Shown piece after piece: positions 11,731 to 23,223 of a stretch of DNA of 64,000 nt. The position numbers and the translations under genes are program-made. Within the stretch, counting starts at the first letter, position 1. Each line of letters opens with the position of its first letter. The notes beneath the pieces are model-generated. The model was not told where the DNA came from. It made no database searches and saw nothing but the letters and a program-made list of their open reading frames with translations. The DNA comes from Sedimentisphaerales bacterium (GTDB taxonomy: Bacteria > Planctomycetota > Phycisphaerae > Sedimentisphaerales > SM23-30): NCBI GenBank assembly GCA_963663965.2, contig CAXXFK010000028.1, positions 448,001-512,000 of the forward strand, in the 5' to 3' direction.

Positions 11731-12044
11731 TTATAGGATCTTAAGAGGTTATCGTCCGATATATCAAAATAGGCGTTAATAGTCTGATAATTATTATGGA
11801 ATAATGACCAAAGGGGTGAAAGTAGCTAAGTTGTTTGTTTGTAGTACGTTATAATTTTTTGTCTGTGTGATTTGGTCCATTTACCGTCTTTTTCAAAACA
11901 GTGTTCAGACAAAACTCGTCTTGGGTTAACGCGTTGTATAATTGCTGACGATATAAACATTGAGTTAAATTATTTGATTTGCCGTTGTTAATACGAAGCA
12001 ACTGAAACTATGATCCATCGGATATATCTGACAATCAAAAAATT

Positions 12045-12254
12045 ATGGCAGTAACTATCATGTGTCCGAATCTACGCTGCCGGAAAGTTCTGGTAGTCCC
12101 CAATGCCTTACGAGGATCGAGGGTTCGTTGCGCTTATTGTAGTACAATTCTATCGGTACCGGCTGCCAACCCATCTCATTCTGTGTCTGAACCGTCTCCT
12201 GCAGGTAAAACAGAAAGCAAATCTGGAATCAAAAAAGGACGTCGCGGCAAATAA
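12045..12254 (+). CDS. Small zinc-ribbon protein with basic tail
   Basis: CPNLRC...CAYC Cys pairs followed by a low-complexity Lys/Arg-rich tail. Confidence 0.7.
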   Translation: MAVTIMCPNLRCRKVLVVPNALRGSRVRCAYCSTILSVPAANPSHSVSEPSPAGKTESKSGIKKGRRGK

Positions 12255-12428
12255 TCCAAGATTTCAATCAGCACTCCCAATCTGGGTTAATTATCGGGAA
12301 ATTTAATGCTACTGACAGGGTAAGACCGATAATTGCTTCAGGAAAAAAGGGTACAATTGAATTTGCTTGAGAGAACCCTAAGAGTCATTGAGGTATCTTG
12401 GCACCTGATATAGTATAACCTTTACGAT

Positions 12429-12503
12429 TGAAAATGCCCGCTTGGCTGTCATGTAAGTCTTTTTGGGGATGATAATTCGCTTGCGAGCGATCAGACATTT
12501 TCA
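12429..12503 (+). repeat. 75-bp dispersed repeat, copy A (most diverged)
   Basis: TGAAAATGCCCGCTTGG...CTTGCGAGCGATCAGACATTTTCA; homologous to 47662-47735 and 60608-60682. Confidence 0.85.
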
Positions 12504-12762
12504 TTCCTGATGATTATATTATGGCGTAAATCGAATAGTTGCTTCTGAGGGAGCAGTTGTTTGAACCCGGTATTCCATTTTTCTTCAAAGGTCATTTTAC
12601 TTGATGATGGTTCTGAAAGGAATAGTGGTCGGGATTTCTATTGGTGTAATCCGTATCATAAAAATATGTCTAGCCATATTACATAAGAAGTATCCAGACA
12701 GACGGATTCATACCGTTTGATATTAGATTTTAATAGTGATATCAGAGTTTTCGAGGTTATTG

Positions 12763-14967
12763 ATGAATACAATTCAAAAGAAGCAAACTGCTGAGCGTGA
12801 GCATTTTACTCGAATGACTCGTCAAATTGAACGGTTGATTTTGAGCCGGCAACCAGAGCGAATTATCGCGGCCAGCCGGCTTTTTCTGGATACCTATGAG
12901 CATAGTGGCAGGGCTTTGTTGGCGTTGGGTTTGAATGCTTATATTGCTGGCCAGCCCAATAAGGCGATAGAATTTTTTAATAAGGCTTCGTCGGAACTGG
13001 AATGGAATGACTATCCCGAGCCTCATTCGGTTTATAGCCAGGCTTATATACAAGCCCAATTAAATAGTGTGAACATGCGAGAAAGGGCTCGCCAGCAGGC
13101 CAGGGATAATTACCTGGCAAATTTGGAGAGTCTGTTTGAGATCGCGCCGGAATTGGCTGAAAAACTGGAAACCGAGGTATTATCCGGTCAATATTGTTTT
13201 TTAGGGTACTGGGGTGGCTTGCATTTGCATGAAAATCAAAATAATAGCTTGCTGATTTTGGATCGTGAAATAAAGGAAAGATTGATTGGGCCGCTGACTC
13301 AGCGGGGACAGGTCAGGCCGATTGGTATTTTTGGATTGAATCATGGGCGGGAATTGCCCTTTTGCTTACAATACCGCAGGGATTTTCTCTATGGCTGGAC
13401 GGTGCCGGTTTATCTGTTCATGCCGGATCTTAGTGATTTACGAATTCAGTTGTGTCTGGGGAACTATCAAGAAGCGATTAAAGAACAAACCTTACTGATA
13501 TTTGCTGGAGAAACCATTCGTGATCAAGTGGCTCGAAGCTTCAGAAGTTTGCGATATGGTATGCCAGATATCATAATTGGAGACCAGGCAAAACTATTGG
13601 AGTATTTTAAAGGCCTTATCACAATAAAAGAAAGTGAAAATATTCAGGATCGGGTCATATCATATTATCGAAGCGCTGAGTTCAGGCAGCGACAGTTGGA
13701 TATTGCCGCTGGGCGAATAAAACCACGTGTCATGATTGAAACCAGCCGTTGGACAACATTTTTAAAATATTGCGCGGACGATTTTCGGCGAGCATTTGAA
13801 CAACTGGGTTGTCAAACCTGTTTTTTGATCGAGGAAAATGATATTCAACGAATATCCAACTGCTTGCAAATTCGCCAAATGGATGAATTTCGTCCGGATG
13901 TTTACTTCATGGTTAGTTTTGCTCGAACGGCGATGTCGGAAATGTTTCCCAGGGAATTGCCCTTTATCGCCTACCTCCAGGACCGATGTGATAAACTTTG
14001 GCAAATGGAGGATCGTTCCATTCGGCGACTGTTCAGTCCGCAGGATTTACTGGTATGTCTGGTAAAAGAGTATCAGGATTATTTGACCGACAAGCAGGTG
14101 CCTGACTGGCAGACGATGATTATGCCGGTACCGGTTGATCCGGAAATGTTTTATCCCGTTCCATCAACTCATCCATTGGCCGCACGCTTAAGTTGCGAAG
14201 TTTCCTATGTGAAACATGGCGGGGGAGATACCGATAAAATAATGGAAAATTGGATCAGGGAGAATCATCTGGATGGAACTATGGAGAATTTGAAACCGTT
14301 GGGTGACTATTTCTGGCAATGGTTTAATCTATTCAGGAATGAGCCTCAACGCCACTGGGCGGAACGGATTTTTCATGAGGAGGTAGATCAGAATTTTGGC
14401 AGACGATTGGATGAAAAGCAATTGAATGTCTTGCATCAGATGGTTACACAATTTGCCACAGTTGTGTACACTGCCTGCCGAAGGCGTTATTATCTGGAAG
14501 GATTTATCGATGCCGGACTGGATTTGAGATTATACGGTCATGGCTGGCAGGATGACCGGATATTTGGGAAATTTTCCGGTGGAATAATTGATCGCAGTCA
14601 GGATCTGTTAGGGGTCTATAATTTCAGTAAGATAAATTTGCATATGCAGCCTTATATCACAATGCATCAACGAGTAGTGGAATGTGCCTTATCGGGCGGG
14701 TTCATGATGATAGCTGATATTCCTCAGGAGGATGATTGGGGGAAAGCGCGGGATTATTTTGATGAAAATCATGAAGTTGTATTTTTCGGTTCTAGCGCCG
14801 ATATGATTGATAAATGCCGTTATTATCTGGAGCATGAATCTCATCGACGCGAAATGGCAGAACGTTTTCGTCAGCGTGCTCTGGCCAACCATACCGTATT
14901 AAAAGCTGCCGATCACATTCTGGCTCGCTGGCGGCAGATTTTAAATGCCAGTTTGCGGGGTGGATAG
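12763..14967 (+). CDS. Large glycosyltransferase with C-terminal CgeB/Glyco_trans_1_2-like domain and TPR-like N-terminus
   Basis: C-terminal LYGHGW...VYNFSKINLH...RVVECALSGGFM...YF...EVVFF....D..DKCRYYLEH...R..MA...RALANHT pattern; start uncertain (12736 or 12763). Confidence 0.7.
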   Translation: MNTIQKKQTAEREHFTRMTRQIERLILSRQPERIIAASRLFLDTYEHSGRALLALGLNAYIAGQPNKAIEFFNKASSELEWNDYPEPHSVYSQAYIQAQLNSVNMRERARQQARDNYLANLESLFEIAPELAEKLETEVLSGQYCFLGYWGGLHLHENQNNSLLILDREIKERLIGPLTQRGQVRPIGIFGLNHGRELPFCLQYRRDFLYGWTVPVYLFMPDLSDLRIQLCLGNYQEAIKEQTLLIFAGETIRDQVARSFRSLRYGMPDIIIGDQAKLLEYFKGLITIKESENIQDRVISYYRSAEFRQRQLDIAAGRIKPRVMIETSRWTTFLKYCADDFRRAFEQLGCQTCFLIEENDIQRISNCLQIRQMDEFRPDVYFMVSFARTAMSEMFPRELPFIAYLQDRCDKLWQMEDRSIRRLFSPQDLLVCLVKEYQDYLTDKQVPDWQTMIMPVPVDPEMFYPVPSTHPLAARLSCEVSYVKHGGGDTDKIMENWIRENHLDGTMENLKPLGDYFWQWFNLFRNEPQRHWAERIFHEEVDQNFGRRLDEKQLNVLHQMVTQFATVVYTACRRRYYLEGFIDAGLDLRLYGHGWQDDRIFGKFSGGIIDRSQDLLGVYNFSKINLHMQPYITMHQRVVECALSGGFMMIADIPQEDDWGKARDYFDENHEVVFFGSSADMIDKCRYYLEHESHRREMAERFRQRALANHTVLKAADHILARWRQILNASLRGG

Positions 14968-15129
14968 AAAAAGCATAAGTTTGTGCGGGGCGGAACAGGG
15001 ATAAAATCGGTGATGCTGATTAATCATCAAGAAGTCGGTTATTATTGAAATTAAAGTTGTTGGTTGATCGTTAAGTGGATCATATAAGGATGATATTATA
15101 TGTAACCATGCAATATATCTGGAGATCTC

Positions 15130-17880
15130 ATGAAGAAAGCTGTTTATCTGATAGTTTTAATGGGTATCGTGAACACAAGTTTTGCAGAAGACGGGCGTTA
15201 TGTGTTGTGGTATGAACAGCCCGCCGGCAAATGGCTCGAAGCGTTGCCGGTTGGAAACGGGCGTTTGGGAGCCATGATATTTGGAGGAACCGCCGTGGAA
15301 CGCATTCAGATGAATGAGGATACTATCTGGGCCGGCCCGCCGGTCCCGGAAGTAACCGGTGATTTTAAAGCTAAAATGGATCAGGCGCGTCAACTCTGGT
15401 TTAAGGGTGAATATGTCGAAGCTCAGCAATTAGTCCAATCGGTGATGGCGCCTCGTATCAGCCCGCGGAGCTATCAGACACTTGGGGATTTGAGAATTGA
15501 ATTATTGAGTCAAGACAGTACGGTGATGGAACCTGTGCTGATTAGCAACTGGAAACAGAGCGCCCCGCTTGATCAGGCGGTTGCGACGATGTTTGAGAAG
15601 GATTATGATGATTCCAACTGGTCCGAAGGAGAGTCCCTTGATGTCGCGGCGGATAAAACAATAGTCTATCGGCAGACGGTGACCTTAAGTGAGCAGCAGG
15701 TGAAAGGAGGGTTAGGAATACTCGAATTATCGCCAATAGATGATCGCAGTGATATCTATATTAATGGTCAAAAAGCCGGTCAGACTCGCAACTGGAGTAT
15801 GGCGCATCAATTGGATGTTCATTCGTTTTTAGTAGCAGGGAAAAATAATATTGCCATCGCAGTGACAAATGTGGGTGGTCAGGGTCACATGGCCCATCAG
15901 GTACAACTGTCCGTTGCGATGGGAGCAAAAGCGGAGTCGTATCGGCGCGAGTTGGATCTGGATACGGCCGTGGCGACAACCCGGTTTAAACTGGATGGCG
16001 TGACCTATACCAGGGAAGTGCTGGCATCGCCGGTAGATAATGTTCTGGTGGTCCGTCTGACCGCGGACAAAGCTGGACAACTGAATTTGAGAGTAGCGAT
16101 GGATCGTCCGGTTGATTTTACAACCCGTCCGGTTGGCATGAATGCTCTGGAAATGACCGGTCAGGCCCAGCATAAGGGCAAACACCTGGGAGTCACATGG
16201 CTATGCCGGATACAGGCAGCTGCATCCGGAGGAAAAATTCGATCAGACAACAATAGCCTGTTGATTGAAGGAGCAACGTCGGCATTGTTTTATGTGGCCG
16301 TGGCTACTGATTATAATTTGAATAATCCGGCTGAACCGTTAAAAAACAATTTAAGCAAACAGGCCCTGAATACTCTCACCAGGGCCATCGAGCGGCCTTA
16401 TGACCGCCTCCGTCAGGAGCACATTGCCGAGCATCGCCGATTATTTCAGCGCTGCGGCCTGGATCTCGGCGGTTGGGATAAAACGGCGATTCCTACGGAT
16501 CAACGTCTGGAAGCAGTCAAAGCCGGGGAATTGGATCCGGCATTATTGGCATTGTATTTTCAGTATGGCCGGTATTTACTGATCTGTTCTTCACGGCCGG
16601 GAGATATGCCGGCTAACCTGCAGGGGCTCTGGTCGGATAAAATCGAAGAAGCCTGGAATGCCGATTATCATGTCAATATCAATATCCAGATGAATTACTG
16701 GCCGGCGGAAGTGACGAATCTATCGGACTGTCATGAGCCGTTCTTCCGGTTTGTTCAGGCATTGATACCCAATGCCCGGCGTACTGCCAGTGAGGTCTAT
16801 GGCTGCCGGGGAGCGGTGGCTCATCACACCACCGACGCCTGGCTGCATTGCCATCCCTTTGGTTCGGTTCAATACGGCATGTGGCCGCACGGAATCGGCT
16901 GGTGCAGCCAGCATTTCATGGAGCGTTTCCGTTATACCGGAGATACCTCTTTCCTGAAAGAGCGTGCCTATCCGATTTTAAAAGATGCGGCCCTGTTTTA
17001 TCTGGATTATCTGGTGGAGCATCCCAAAACCGGGTTGCTGGTATCCGGTCTTGACACCTCGCCTGAAAATACTTATTTGACGCCAGATGGCAAACGCGCC
17101 CATATTTCAATGGGGAGCGCCATGAGCCAGCAGATAATCTGGGATGTCTTTACTAATTTACTGGAAGCGGCTGCGATATTAGACATTGCTGATTCCGTTA
17201 CTCAAGAGGTGCAATCGGCGCGAAGCCGTCTGGCTGAAGCAGAAATTGGTCCGGATGGGCGCTTGATGGAGTGGGCTGAACCATTTAGAGAAGCCGAACC
17301 GGGTCATCGGCATGTCTCACATTTATTTGCATTACATCCCGGCCGGCAATACAACCTGCGCGATAATCCGGATAGGGTGGCGGCGGTTCGTAAATCCATC
17401 GATTATCGTCTGGCCAATGGTGGCGGCCACACCGGCTGGTCGCGCGCATGGATAGTTAATTTCTGGGCCCGGTTTCATGAAGCTCAAAAAGCGCATGATA
17501 ATCTGGTGGCGTTATTGCAGAAATCGACATTGACCAATTTATTTGATAACCATCCACCCTTCCAGATCGATGGCAATTTTGGCGGAACAGCCGGGATCGC
17601 CGAGATGCTGATGCAGTCTCATATCGGAGATTCAAAACAGGGGTATCTGATCGAGTTGCTGCCGGCTTTACCAGCGGCCTGGCCGTCGGGTGAAGTCACC
17701 GGCTTACGGGCGCGCGGCGGATTTGAAGTCTCCATTACATGGGAGAACACCCAGTTAAAGGCGGCAACCATTATGAGTTTGAATGGGATGCCCTGCCAGA
17801 TAGGCTATGGTGATCAGGTAATAACTCTAAAATTATCGAAAGGCAAAACGAAAATGCTGAGTTACAACGACTTTGAATAA
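15130..17880 (+). CDS. Secreted GH95 alpha-L-fucosidase family protein
   Basis: Signal peptide; [80 protein letters not shown]. Confidence 0.93.
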   Translation: MKKAVYLIVLMGIVNTSFAEDGRYVLWYEQPAGKWLEALPVGNGRLGAMIFGGTAVERIQMNEDTIWAGPPVPEVTGDFKAKMDQARQLWFKGEYVEAQQLVQSVMAPRISPRSYQTLGDLRIELLSQDSTVMEPVLISNWKQSAPLDQAVATMFEKDYDDSNWSEGESLDVAADKTIVYRQTVTLSEQQVKGGLGILELSPIDDRSDIYINGQKAGQTRNWSMAHQLDVHSFLVAGKNNIAIAVTNVGGQGHMAHQVQLSVAMGAKAESYRRELDLDTAVATTRFKLDGVTYTREVLASPVDNVLVVRLTADKAGQLNLRVAMDRPVDFTTRPVGMNALEMTGQAQHKGKHLGVTWLCRIQAAASGGKIRSDNNSLLIEGATSALFYVAVATDYNLNNPAEPLKNNLSKQALNTLTRAIERPYDRLRQEHIAEHRRLFQRCGLDLGGWDKTAIPTDQRLEAVKAGELDPALLALYFQYGRYLLICSSRPGDMPANLQGLWSDKIEEAWNADYHVNINIQMNYWPAEVTNLSDCHEPFFRFVQALIPNARRTASEVYGCRGAVAHHTTDAWLHCHPFGSVQYGMWPHGIGWCSQHFMERFRYTGDTSFLKERAYPILKDAALFYLDYLVEHPKTGLLVSGLDTSPENTYLTPDGKRAHISMGSAMSQQIIWDVFTNLLEAAAILDIADSVTQEVQSARSRLAEAEIGPDGRLMEWAEPFREAEPGHRHVSHLFALHPGRQYNLRDNPDRVAAVRKSIDYRLANGGGHTGWSRAWIVNFWARFHEAQKAHDNLVALLQKSTLTNLFDNHPPFQIDGNFGGTAGIAEMLMQSHIGDSKQGYLIELLPALPAAWPSGEVTGLRARGGFEVSITWENTQLKAATIMSLNGMPCQIGYGDQVITLKLSKGKTKMLSYNDFE

Positions 17881-18039
17881 CCTAACCCAAGTTCGACACT
17901 CTAAGGTTCGTAAAATAAACAAGTTGCAGATCAAGGGCATCTCAAATAAAAAATATGGGATGCCCTTTGGCTTTTTGGACAGTATTAGAGGAAATGCCCT
18001 AATCTGCCGGACGCGGCTGATTGGATACCTGATTCAGTT

Positions 18040-18879
18040 TTATACCGGAATGGCAGAATGGCAGGGAATTTGTTCTTTCAAGCCGGGAAAGCTGGCCAGG
18101 GTATGGAAACCGGCGTCAACATGGATCACTTCACCCGTAATTGCTGAGGCCCAGGGTGACAACAGGAAAAGAGCCGTCTTGCCAACTTCGTCGCCAGTGA
18201 TATTACGCTGCATGGGTGAGTATTTTTCCTGACAGTCGAGCATTCGATCGAAATTGGCGACTCCCATGGCCGACAGGGTACGCAACGGTCCGCCGGAAAT
18301 ACAATTAACACGGATATTGCGATAACCCAGACTACCGGCCAGATAGCGGCTGGCAGTCTCGAGAGCGGCTTTGGCGACTCCCATGACATTATAGCCGGGA
18401 ACTACTTTTTCAGCGCCCAGATAACTCATTGCGACAATGCTTCCGCCTTCAGTCATCAGATCGGCCGCACGTTGCGCAATGGCGACCAGACTGTAAGCGC
18501 TGATATCCATGGCTTCAGCCCAGACTTGTCGTGGCGTAGTGTGAAAATTGCCGATTTGCAGGTATTCTTTGTTGGCATAGGCGACAGAATGAACGATAAA
18601 GTCCAACTGGGGCATGATCATGGCCGTTTTGTTGAACAAGTCATCCAACTGTTCATCGCTGGTCACATCACAGGGAATACAGGTGGCATCTTCCATCTCA
18701 AGCTCTTTGAGAGCGGACATTAACCGGCGCAGATTTTTATCGCCGGGCAGATAACTGAAGATGATGTTGGCCCCGGCATCGCGCAGCGATTGAGTAATAT
18801 ACCAGGCGTAACTTCGTTCATTGGCCAGGCCAAAGACGATTCCGTTTTTGTTATTCATGATTTGATTCTCGTTTTTCAT
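18040..18879 (-). CDS. fabI: Enoyl-ACP reductase FabI
   Basis: G.ANERS.AW, HSVAYA, ISAYSL, YNVMGVAKAALE, IRVN.ISGGPLRTL, ITGEVIHVDAG; start 18879 or 18858. Confidence 0.92.
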   Translation of the reverse strand: MKNENQIMNNKNGIVFGLANERSYAWYITQSLRDAGANIIFSYLPGDKNLRRLMSALKELEMEDATCIPCDVTSDEQLDDLFNKTAMIMPQLDFIVHSVAYANKEYLQIGNFHTTPRQVWAEAMDISAYSLVAIAQRAADLMTEGGSIVAMSYLGAEKVVPGYNVMGVAKAALETASRYLAGSLGYRNIRVNCISGGPLRTLSAMGVANFDRMLDCQEKYSPMQRNITGDEVGKTALFLLSPWASAITGEVIHVDAGFHTLASFPGLKEQIPCHSAIPV

Positions 18880-19159
18880 AATGCAAATTATAGGCAATGA
18901 CTCTTCTATTAGGCAAAAATAAGACGCATTTTTTAAATTATATGCCTGATAAAACTATAAAATCCCAGCCAATCACCACGAATAGGGTAGGTTGGGTTGG
19001 CATATAAAATTGGGCAGACCAATAGTGATTTTACAAAACAGGAAGTGGAAAAACATCTGTAACACTTGTTTTACGAGCAATTTACAGGATATTAACTGTG
19101 ATGGAGGGCATAATGAAATAAGTAAGGTTATTGATACTATTTTATGAAAGGGCTGCTAA

Positions 19160-20989
19160 ATGAAAATTCACAGGTTTTTTATCGGTGTGATCGTTTGTTC
19201 GTTGGTTATATCGGTTCAGTTTTCAAACGCTGAACCAATAAGTTCCACCGGCCGGATTCGTGAGGTAACAGTGTATCGTGGTCAGGCGATGGTAACCCGT
19301 GTTATGGAGATTGATCTGACAGCCGGAAATAATGAAATCGTTGTAACGGGGTTACCGCATAATATTCTTTCTGAAAGTTTATTTGCTCGGGCGGAAGCTG
19401 GAGTAAAAATTCTTAGTGTGCGTTATCAGGAACGGGCTGTTCGCGAGGATACCCGGGATGAGATCCGTGTTATAGACGCCCGTCTGGAAGAGATACTGGT
19501 GGAAATGGGGCATTTGGAAAAACATTTGCAGCGAGTCATGGCGCAATGGGAGTTGTTACAGAAATTTAATGAGTTTATGGTTGTACGTGCCAGGCAGGAT
19601 CTGGAACAGTCCGTGATGCAGTTTGAGCCGGTGTCACAATTAATCGACCTGTTTGAGGAACGCAGCCAGGCTTATACCGAGCAGGAACTCGAACTGAAAG
19701 ATTCGATCGCGCAACTCAAAAAGGAACAGGAACTTCAGAATCGTAAACGCAATGAATTATCCGGAGGGCGTTCACAAACCGTGCGAGAAGCTACCGTTTA
19801 TCTAAACAGTGCAAAACAACAAAAAGCTCCAATCGAACTGAGTTATCTGGTTCAAGGCGCTACCTGGGAACCGCAATATAATCTGCGAGCCCAACCGGGC
19901 CAGGCGCACGTTCAGGTTGAATATAATGCCATTATCAACCAGGGTAGCGGCGAAGATTGGAATGGGGTGGCCATTACCCTCTCCACTGCCCAACCATCCA
20001 TGGTCGCTTCAGCGCCTGTCCTGGATCCTATGGAAGTCATATTAGCCGGAACAAACGCTAATATGATGGAAAAAATGCAGCAGGAAGTACAGATGATGGG
20101 AACGCAGCAAAGGGGGATGAATGTGCCTATGGTCCCGCAAATGGCACAGAGTCAGAGCGGGCGAATGGATGATAAATCTTTGGTCCAGTTTATGAACCAG
20201 TATCGGCGCAGTCAGGCTATCGCCGGGAAAAAAGCCGAAGGTATTTTGAATGATCTGGCGCGTAACAACCAGACAATCGAATTTAACTTCGATAACCGTC
20301 TGATTCAGGAATATCAGCAGCAGGCGGAAGAAGCCACCCGAACTGAAAGCGTAAGTGTCAGCTACCAGTTGCCGGGAGAATTATCACTGCCCAGCCGCAA
20401 CGATCAGCAACTGGTCAGCATCGCTACCGTCGAATGTCAGGCTGATTTTACCTTGCTGGCATCCCCATTGCTGACCGATTATGTCTATCTGCAGGGCGAT
20501 TTAGTCAATACCAGTGAGACCGTATTGTTACCCGGCCCGGCCAGTATGTACCGCAATGGCGAATTCGCCGGCAAAGGCCAGCTGCCGCTGGTGACCATCA
20601 ATGAATCGTTTACCGCTGGTTTCGGCATCGATTCGCAAGTGCAGGTTTCTCGTGAACTGGCCGATAAACAAACCCGGATTCAGGGCGGTAATAAGATCGA
20701 TACCTATCGATATCGCATAGAACTGAGCAATTATAAAAAAGTTCCGGTTGCTGTAAGATTGCTGGATCGCCTCCCTTATTCTACCAACAGTTCAATTAAG
20801 ATCGAACTGGTTAAGACCTCGCCGGAATTATCGCAAAACAAAGACTATCGCCGCTTGGAATACAAGAAGGGCATTTTACGCTGGGATATGGAGTTGGCTC
20901 CGGGAACAACGGGGGAAAAAGCCACTGTTGCAAACTATGAATTAATGATGGAATATGACCGTAACATGCAGATGGTTCCCAAGGAATAA
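19160..20989 (+). CDS. Secreted MuiA-like (DUF4140/DUF4139) protein
   Basis: Signal peptide; I.EVTVY.GQA.VTR, coiled coil, SYLV.GATWEPQY.LR, Q.SGEDW.GV..TLSTAQP, LLPGP.S.Y.NGEF.G, GFGID. Confidence 0.85.
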   Translation: MKIHRFFIGVIVCSLVISVQFSNAEPISSTGRIREVTVYRGQAMVTRVMEIDLTAGNNEIVVTGLPHNILSESLFARAEAGVKILSVRYQERAVREDTRDEIRVIDARLEEILVEMGHLEKHLQRVMAQWELLQKFNEFMVVRARQDLEQSVMQFEPVSQLIDLFEERSQAYTEQELELKDSIAQLKKEQELQNRKRNELSGGRSQTVREATVYLNSAKQQKAPIELSYLVQGATWEPQYNLRAQPGQAHVQVEYNAIINQGSGEDWNGVAITLSTAQPSMVASAPVLDPMEVILAGTNANMMEKMQQEVQMMGTQQRGMNVPMVPQMAQSQSGRMDDKSLVQFMNQYRRSQAIAGKKAEGILNDLARNNQTIEFNFDNRLIQEYQQQAEEATRTESVSVSYQLPGELSLPSRNDQQLVSIATVECQADFTLLASPLLTDYVYLQGDLVNTSETVLLPGPASMYRNGEFAGKGQLPLVTINESFTAGFGIDSQVQVSRELADKQTRIQGGNKIDTYRYRIELSNYKKVPVAVRLLDRLPYSTNSSIKIELVKTSPELSQNKDYRRLEYKKGILRWDMELAPGTTGEKATVANYELMMEYDRNMQMVPKE

Positions 20990-21010
20990 ATTCCGACCCG
21001 ATACCTGAAT

Positions 21011-21052
21011 AAAAAAAAGCGCCTGCCTTTTACAGGTTGGCGCTTTTCTTTT
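21011..21052. terminator. Bidirectional terminator between the convergent DUF4139 gene and glmS
   Basis: AAAAAAAAGCGCC...GGCGCTTTTCTTTT. Confidence 0.75.
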
Positions 21053-21067
21053 CTGATGAATCGGATA

Positions 21068-22930
21068 TTATTCGACCGTAACGCTCTTGGCCAGGTTGCG
21101 AGGTTTGTCAACATCGTGACCGCGCAGGACTGCGGCGTGATAGGCCAGTATCTGCAACGGAATCACCGTCAGCATCGGTTGCAGCTCTTCCAGGGTATCT
21201 GGCACGTAAAATACATGGTCGGCATATTTCGATATGGTCTTATCGCCTTCGGTGGCAACTGCGATAATCACGCCGCCGCGTGCCCGGACTTCCTCAACGT
21301 TGCCGATGATCTTTTCATATTGACTGCAACGCGGCGCGATAAACACGACGGGCATCTCGGGCGTGATCAGGGCGATGGGGCCATGCTTCATTTCCGCCGC
21401 CGGAAGCCCCTCAGCGTGGATATATGAGATTTCTTTTAATTTAAGGGCTCCTTCCAGCGCCACCGGGAATTGATAGCCTCGTCCCAGAAACAGCCAGTTT
21501 TCCCGGTCGCAAAATTGCGATACGGTTTCTTTGATCTGGTCATTTTGCTTAAGAATGGTTTGTATCTGATTGGGAATCTTATGTAGCGCCTGAATATAGT
21601 CATTAAGGGTTTGCTGAGACATATGGCGGCGACGGGCGATATAAAGCGCCATCATTGTCATAACCGCCAGTTGTCCGGTAAAGGCCTTGGTGGAAGCCAC
21701 TCCAATTTCCGGCCCCACGTGCAGATAAACACCACAATCGGTTTCGCGAGCAATCGTACTACCCACTGCGTTGACAATCCCCAGGCACAGGGCGCCCCGG
21801 TCCCGGGCTTCGCGCAATGCGGCCAGCGTATCAATGGTTTCTCCCGATTGACTGATCACGATTTGTACGGTATTTTGTTCAACAATAGGATTCCGATATC
21901 GGAATTCAGAAGCGTAATCCACTTCAGTCGGAAGCATGGCCAATTCTTCAAAAATATATTCGGCGACCAGCCCGGCATGCCACGCAGTCCCGCAGGCGGT
22001 AATATTCAATTTGCGAGCCTGGACCAGTTCCCGGGTATGATCAACAATCCCGCCCAGTTTTATCGCGCCGTTGGTCAGATCGAGCCGCCCGCTCAAACAC
22101 GCCGCCAGCGTATCGGGTTGCTCAAAGATTTCCTTTTGCATATAATGCTGATAACCCGCCAGTTCAATTTCATCCAGCGAATATTCAATCTGCTCAACTT
22201 TAGCGTCAATAGGAATATTGTCGATTGTCGAAGTGCGATAACCATCGCGGGTGATAACGGCCATTTCATTGTCGCCCAGATAGATCGCCTGGGTGGTATG
22301 CTTAATAATGGCAGCCGCATCGGAAGAAATAATATACTCACCATCGCCCACCCCGAGTACCAATGGACTGCCCCGGCGGGCTGCCAGAATCATGTCCGGA
22401 ACCTCATCGCATATAATGGTAAGGCCATAGGTGCCCACCAACTCCTGCAGGGCCAGCCGGACCGATGTTTCAAACCGTTCGGCCTTGTTGATGTCTGGAT
22501 CAAACTGGGAGTCTTGATGATAAAAATGGCTGATCAGATTAGCCACGACCTCAGAGTCGGTATCACTGCTGAAAGTACACCCTTTCTGAGAAAGCCATTT
22601 TTTCAAAGTGGCATAATTCTCTATGATCCCATTATGCACGATAGCGATTTTCCCCGTATGATCTTTATGGGGATGAGCATTTTCGGTTGTGGCTGGCCCA
22701 TGAGTCGCCCAGCGAGTATGAGCAATACCCATTGTGCCGGCCAGATGTTTTTTGTTTAGAAGACCCTGTAAATCTGCGATTCGCCCGGCTGAACGGGTTA
22801 TGTTTAGGTGCCCGGCATTGTATATGGCGACCCCTGCAGAATCGTATCCTCTGTATTCTAAGCGTTTTAGGCCTTCAACCAGAATCTCTTCACATTGTTT
22901 ATTACCAATATAGGCTACAATTCCGCACAT
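21068..22930 (-). CDS. glmS: Glutamine--fructose-6-phosphate aminotransferase (isomerizing)
   Basis: MCGIV N-terminal nucleophile, LEYRGYDSAG, HTRWATHG, HNGIIEN, SQSGET, ASTKAF, EGALKLKE, PRNLAKSVTVE. Confidence 0.98.
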   Translation of the reverse strand: MCGIVAYIGNKQCEEILVEGLKRLEYRGYDSAGVAIYNAGHLNITRSAGRIADLQGLLNKKHLAGTMGIAHTRWATHGPATTENAHPHKDHTGKIAIVHNGIIENYATLKKWLSQKGCTFSSDTDSEVVANLISHFYHQDSQFDPDINKAERFETSVRLALQELVGTYGLTIICDEVPDMILAARRGSPLVLGVGDGEYIISSDAAAIIKHTTQAIYLGDNEMAVITRDGYRTSTIDNIPIDAKVEQIEYSLDEIELAGYQHYMQKEIFEQPDTLAACLSGRLDLTNGAIKLGGIVDHTRELVQARKLNITACGTAWHAGLVAEYIFEELAMLPTEVDYASEFRYRNPIVEQNTVQIVISQSGETIDTLAALREARDRGALCLGIVNAVGSTIARETDCGVYLHVGPEIGVASTKAFTGQLAVMTMMALYIARRRHMSQQTLNDYIQALHKIPNQIQTILKQNDQIKETVSQFCDRENWLFLGRGYQFPVALEGALKLKEISYIHAEGLPAAEMKHGPIALITPEMPVVFIAPRCSQYEKIIGNVEEVRARGGVIIAVATEGDKTISKYADHVFYVPDTLEELQPMLTVIPLQILAYHAAVLRGHDVDKPRNLAKSVTVE

Positions 22931-23223
22931 AATATCAACTCCAAAATGACAAAATTGTAAATTAATAAGATATAATAACTTATCGAATAATATTTATTAT
23001 AACTTCATCAAAATTAGTTGTTAAATTCTAGGCAAAGCGATTAAGGATTTCATGATAAAAATTATCGGACATTCTACCGGGTTTTCGGAGTTTTTACCAA
23101 TCGCGGTAGACTCAGAGGGATAAATGTCTTATGATGCCCAATTCTTATCTGAATACTGATTTCAGATGCTTGTTTAATGATAATTTTGGATATGGAATTA
23201 TCGGCAAAGGAGTCTAGTTACTT

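Noticed and set aside
21611..22759. 382-aa plus-strand ORF
   Set aside because: Antisense shadow of glmS with no motifs
22931..23220. glmS ribozyme upstream of glmS
   Set aside because: The leader is AT-rich with no recognisable ribozyme core; a cmscan would be needed to exclude it fully
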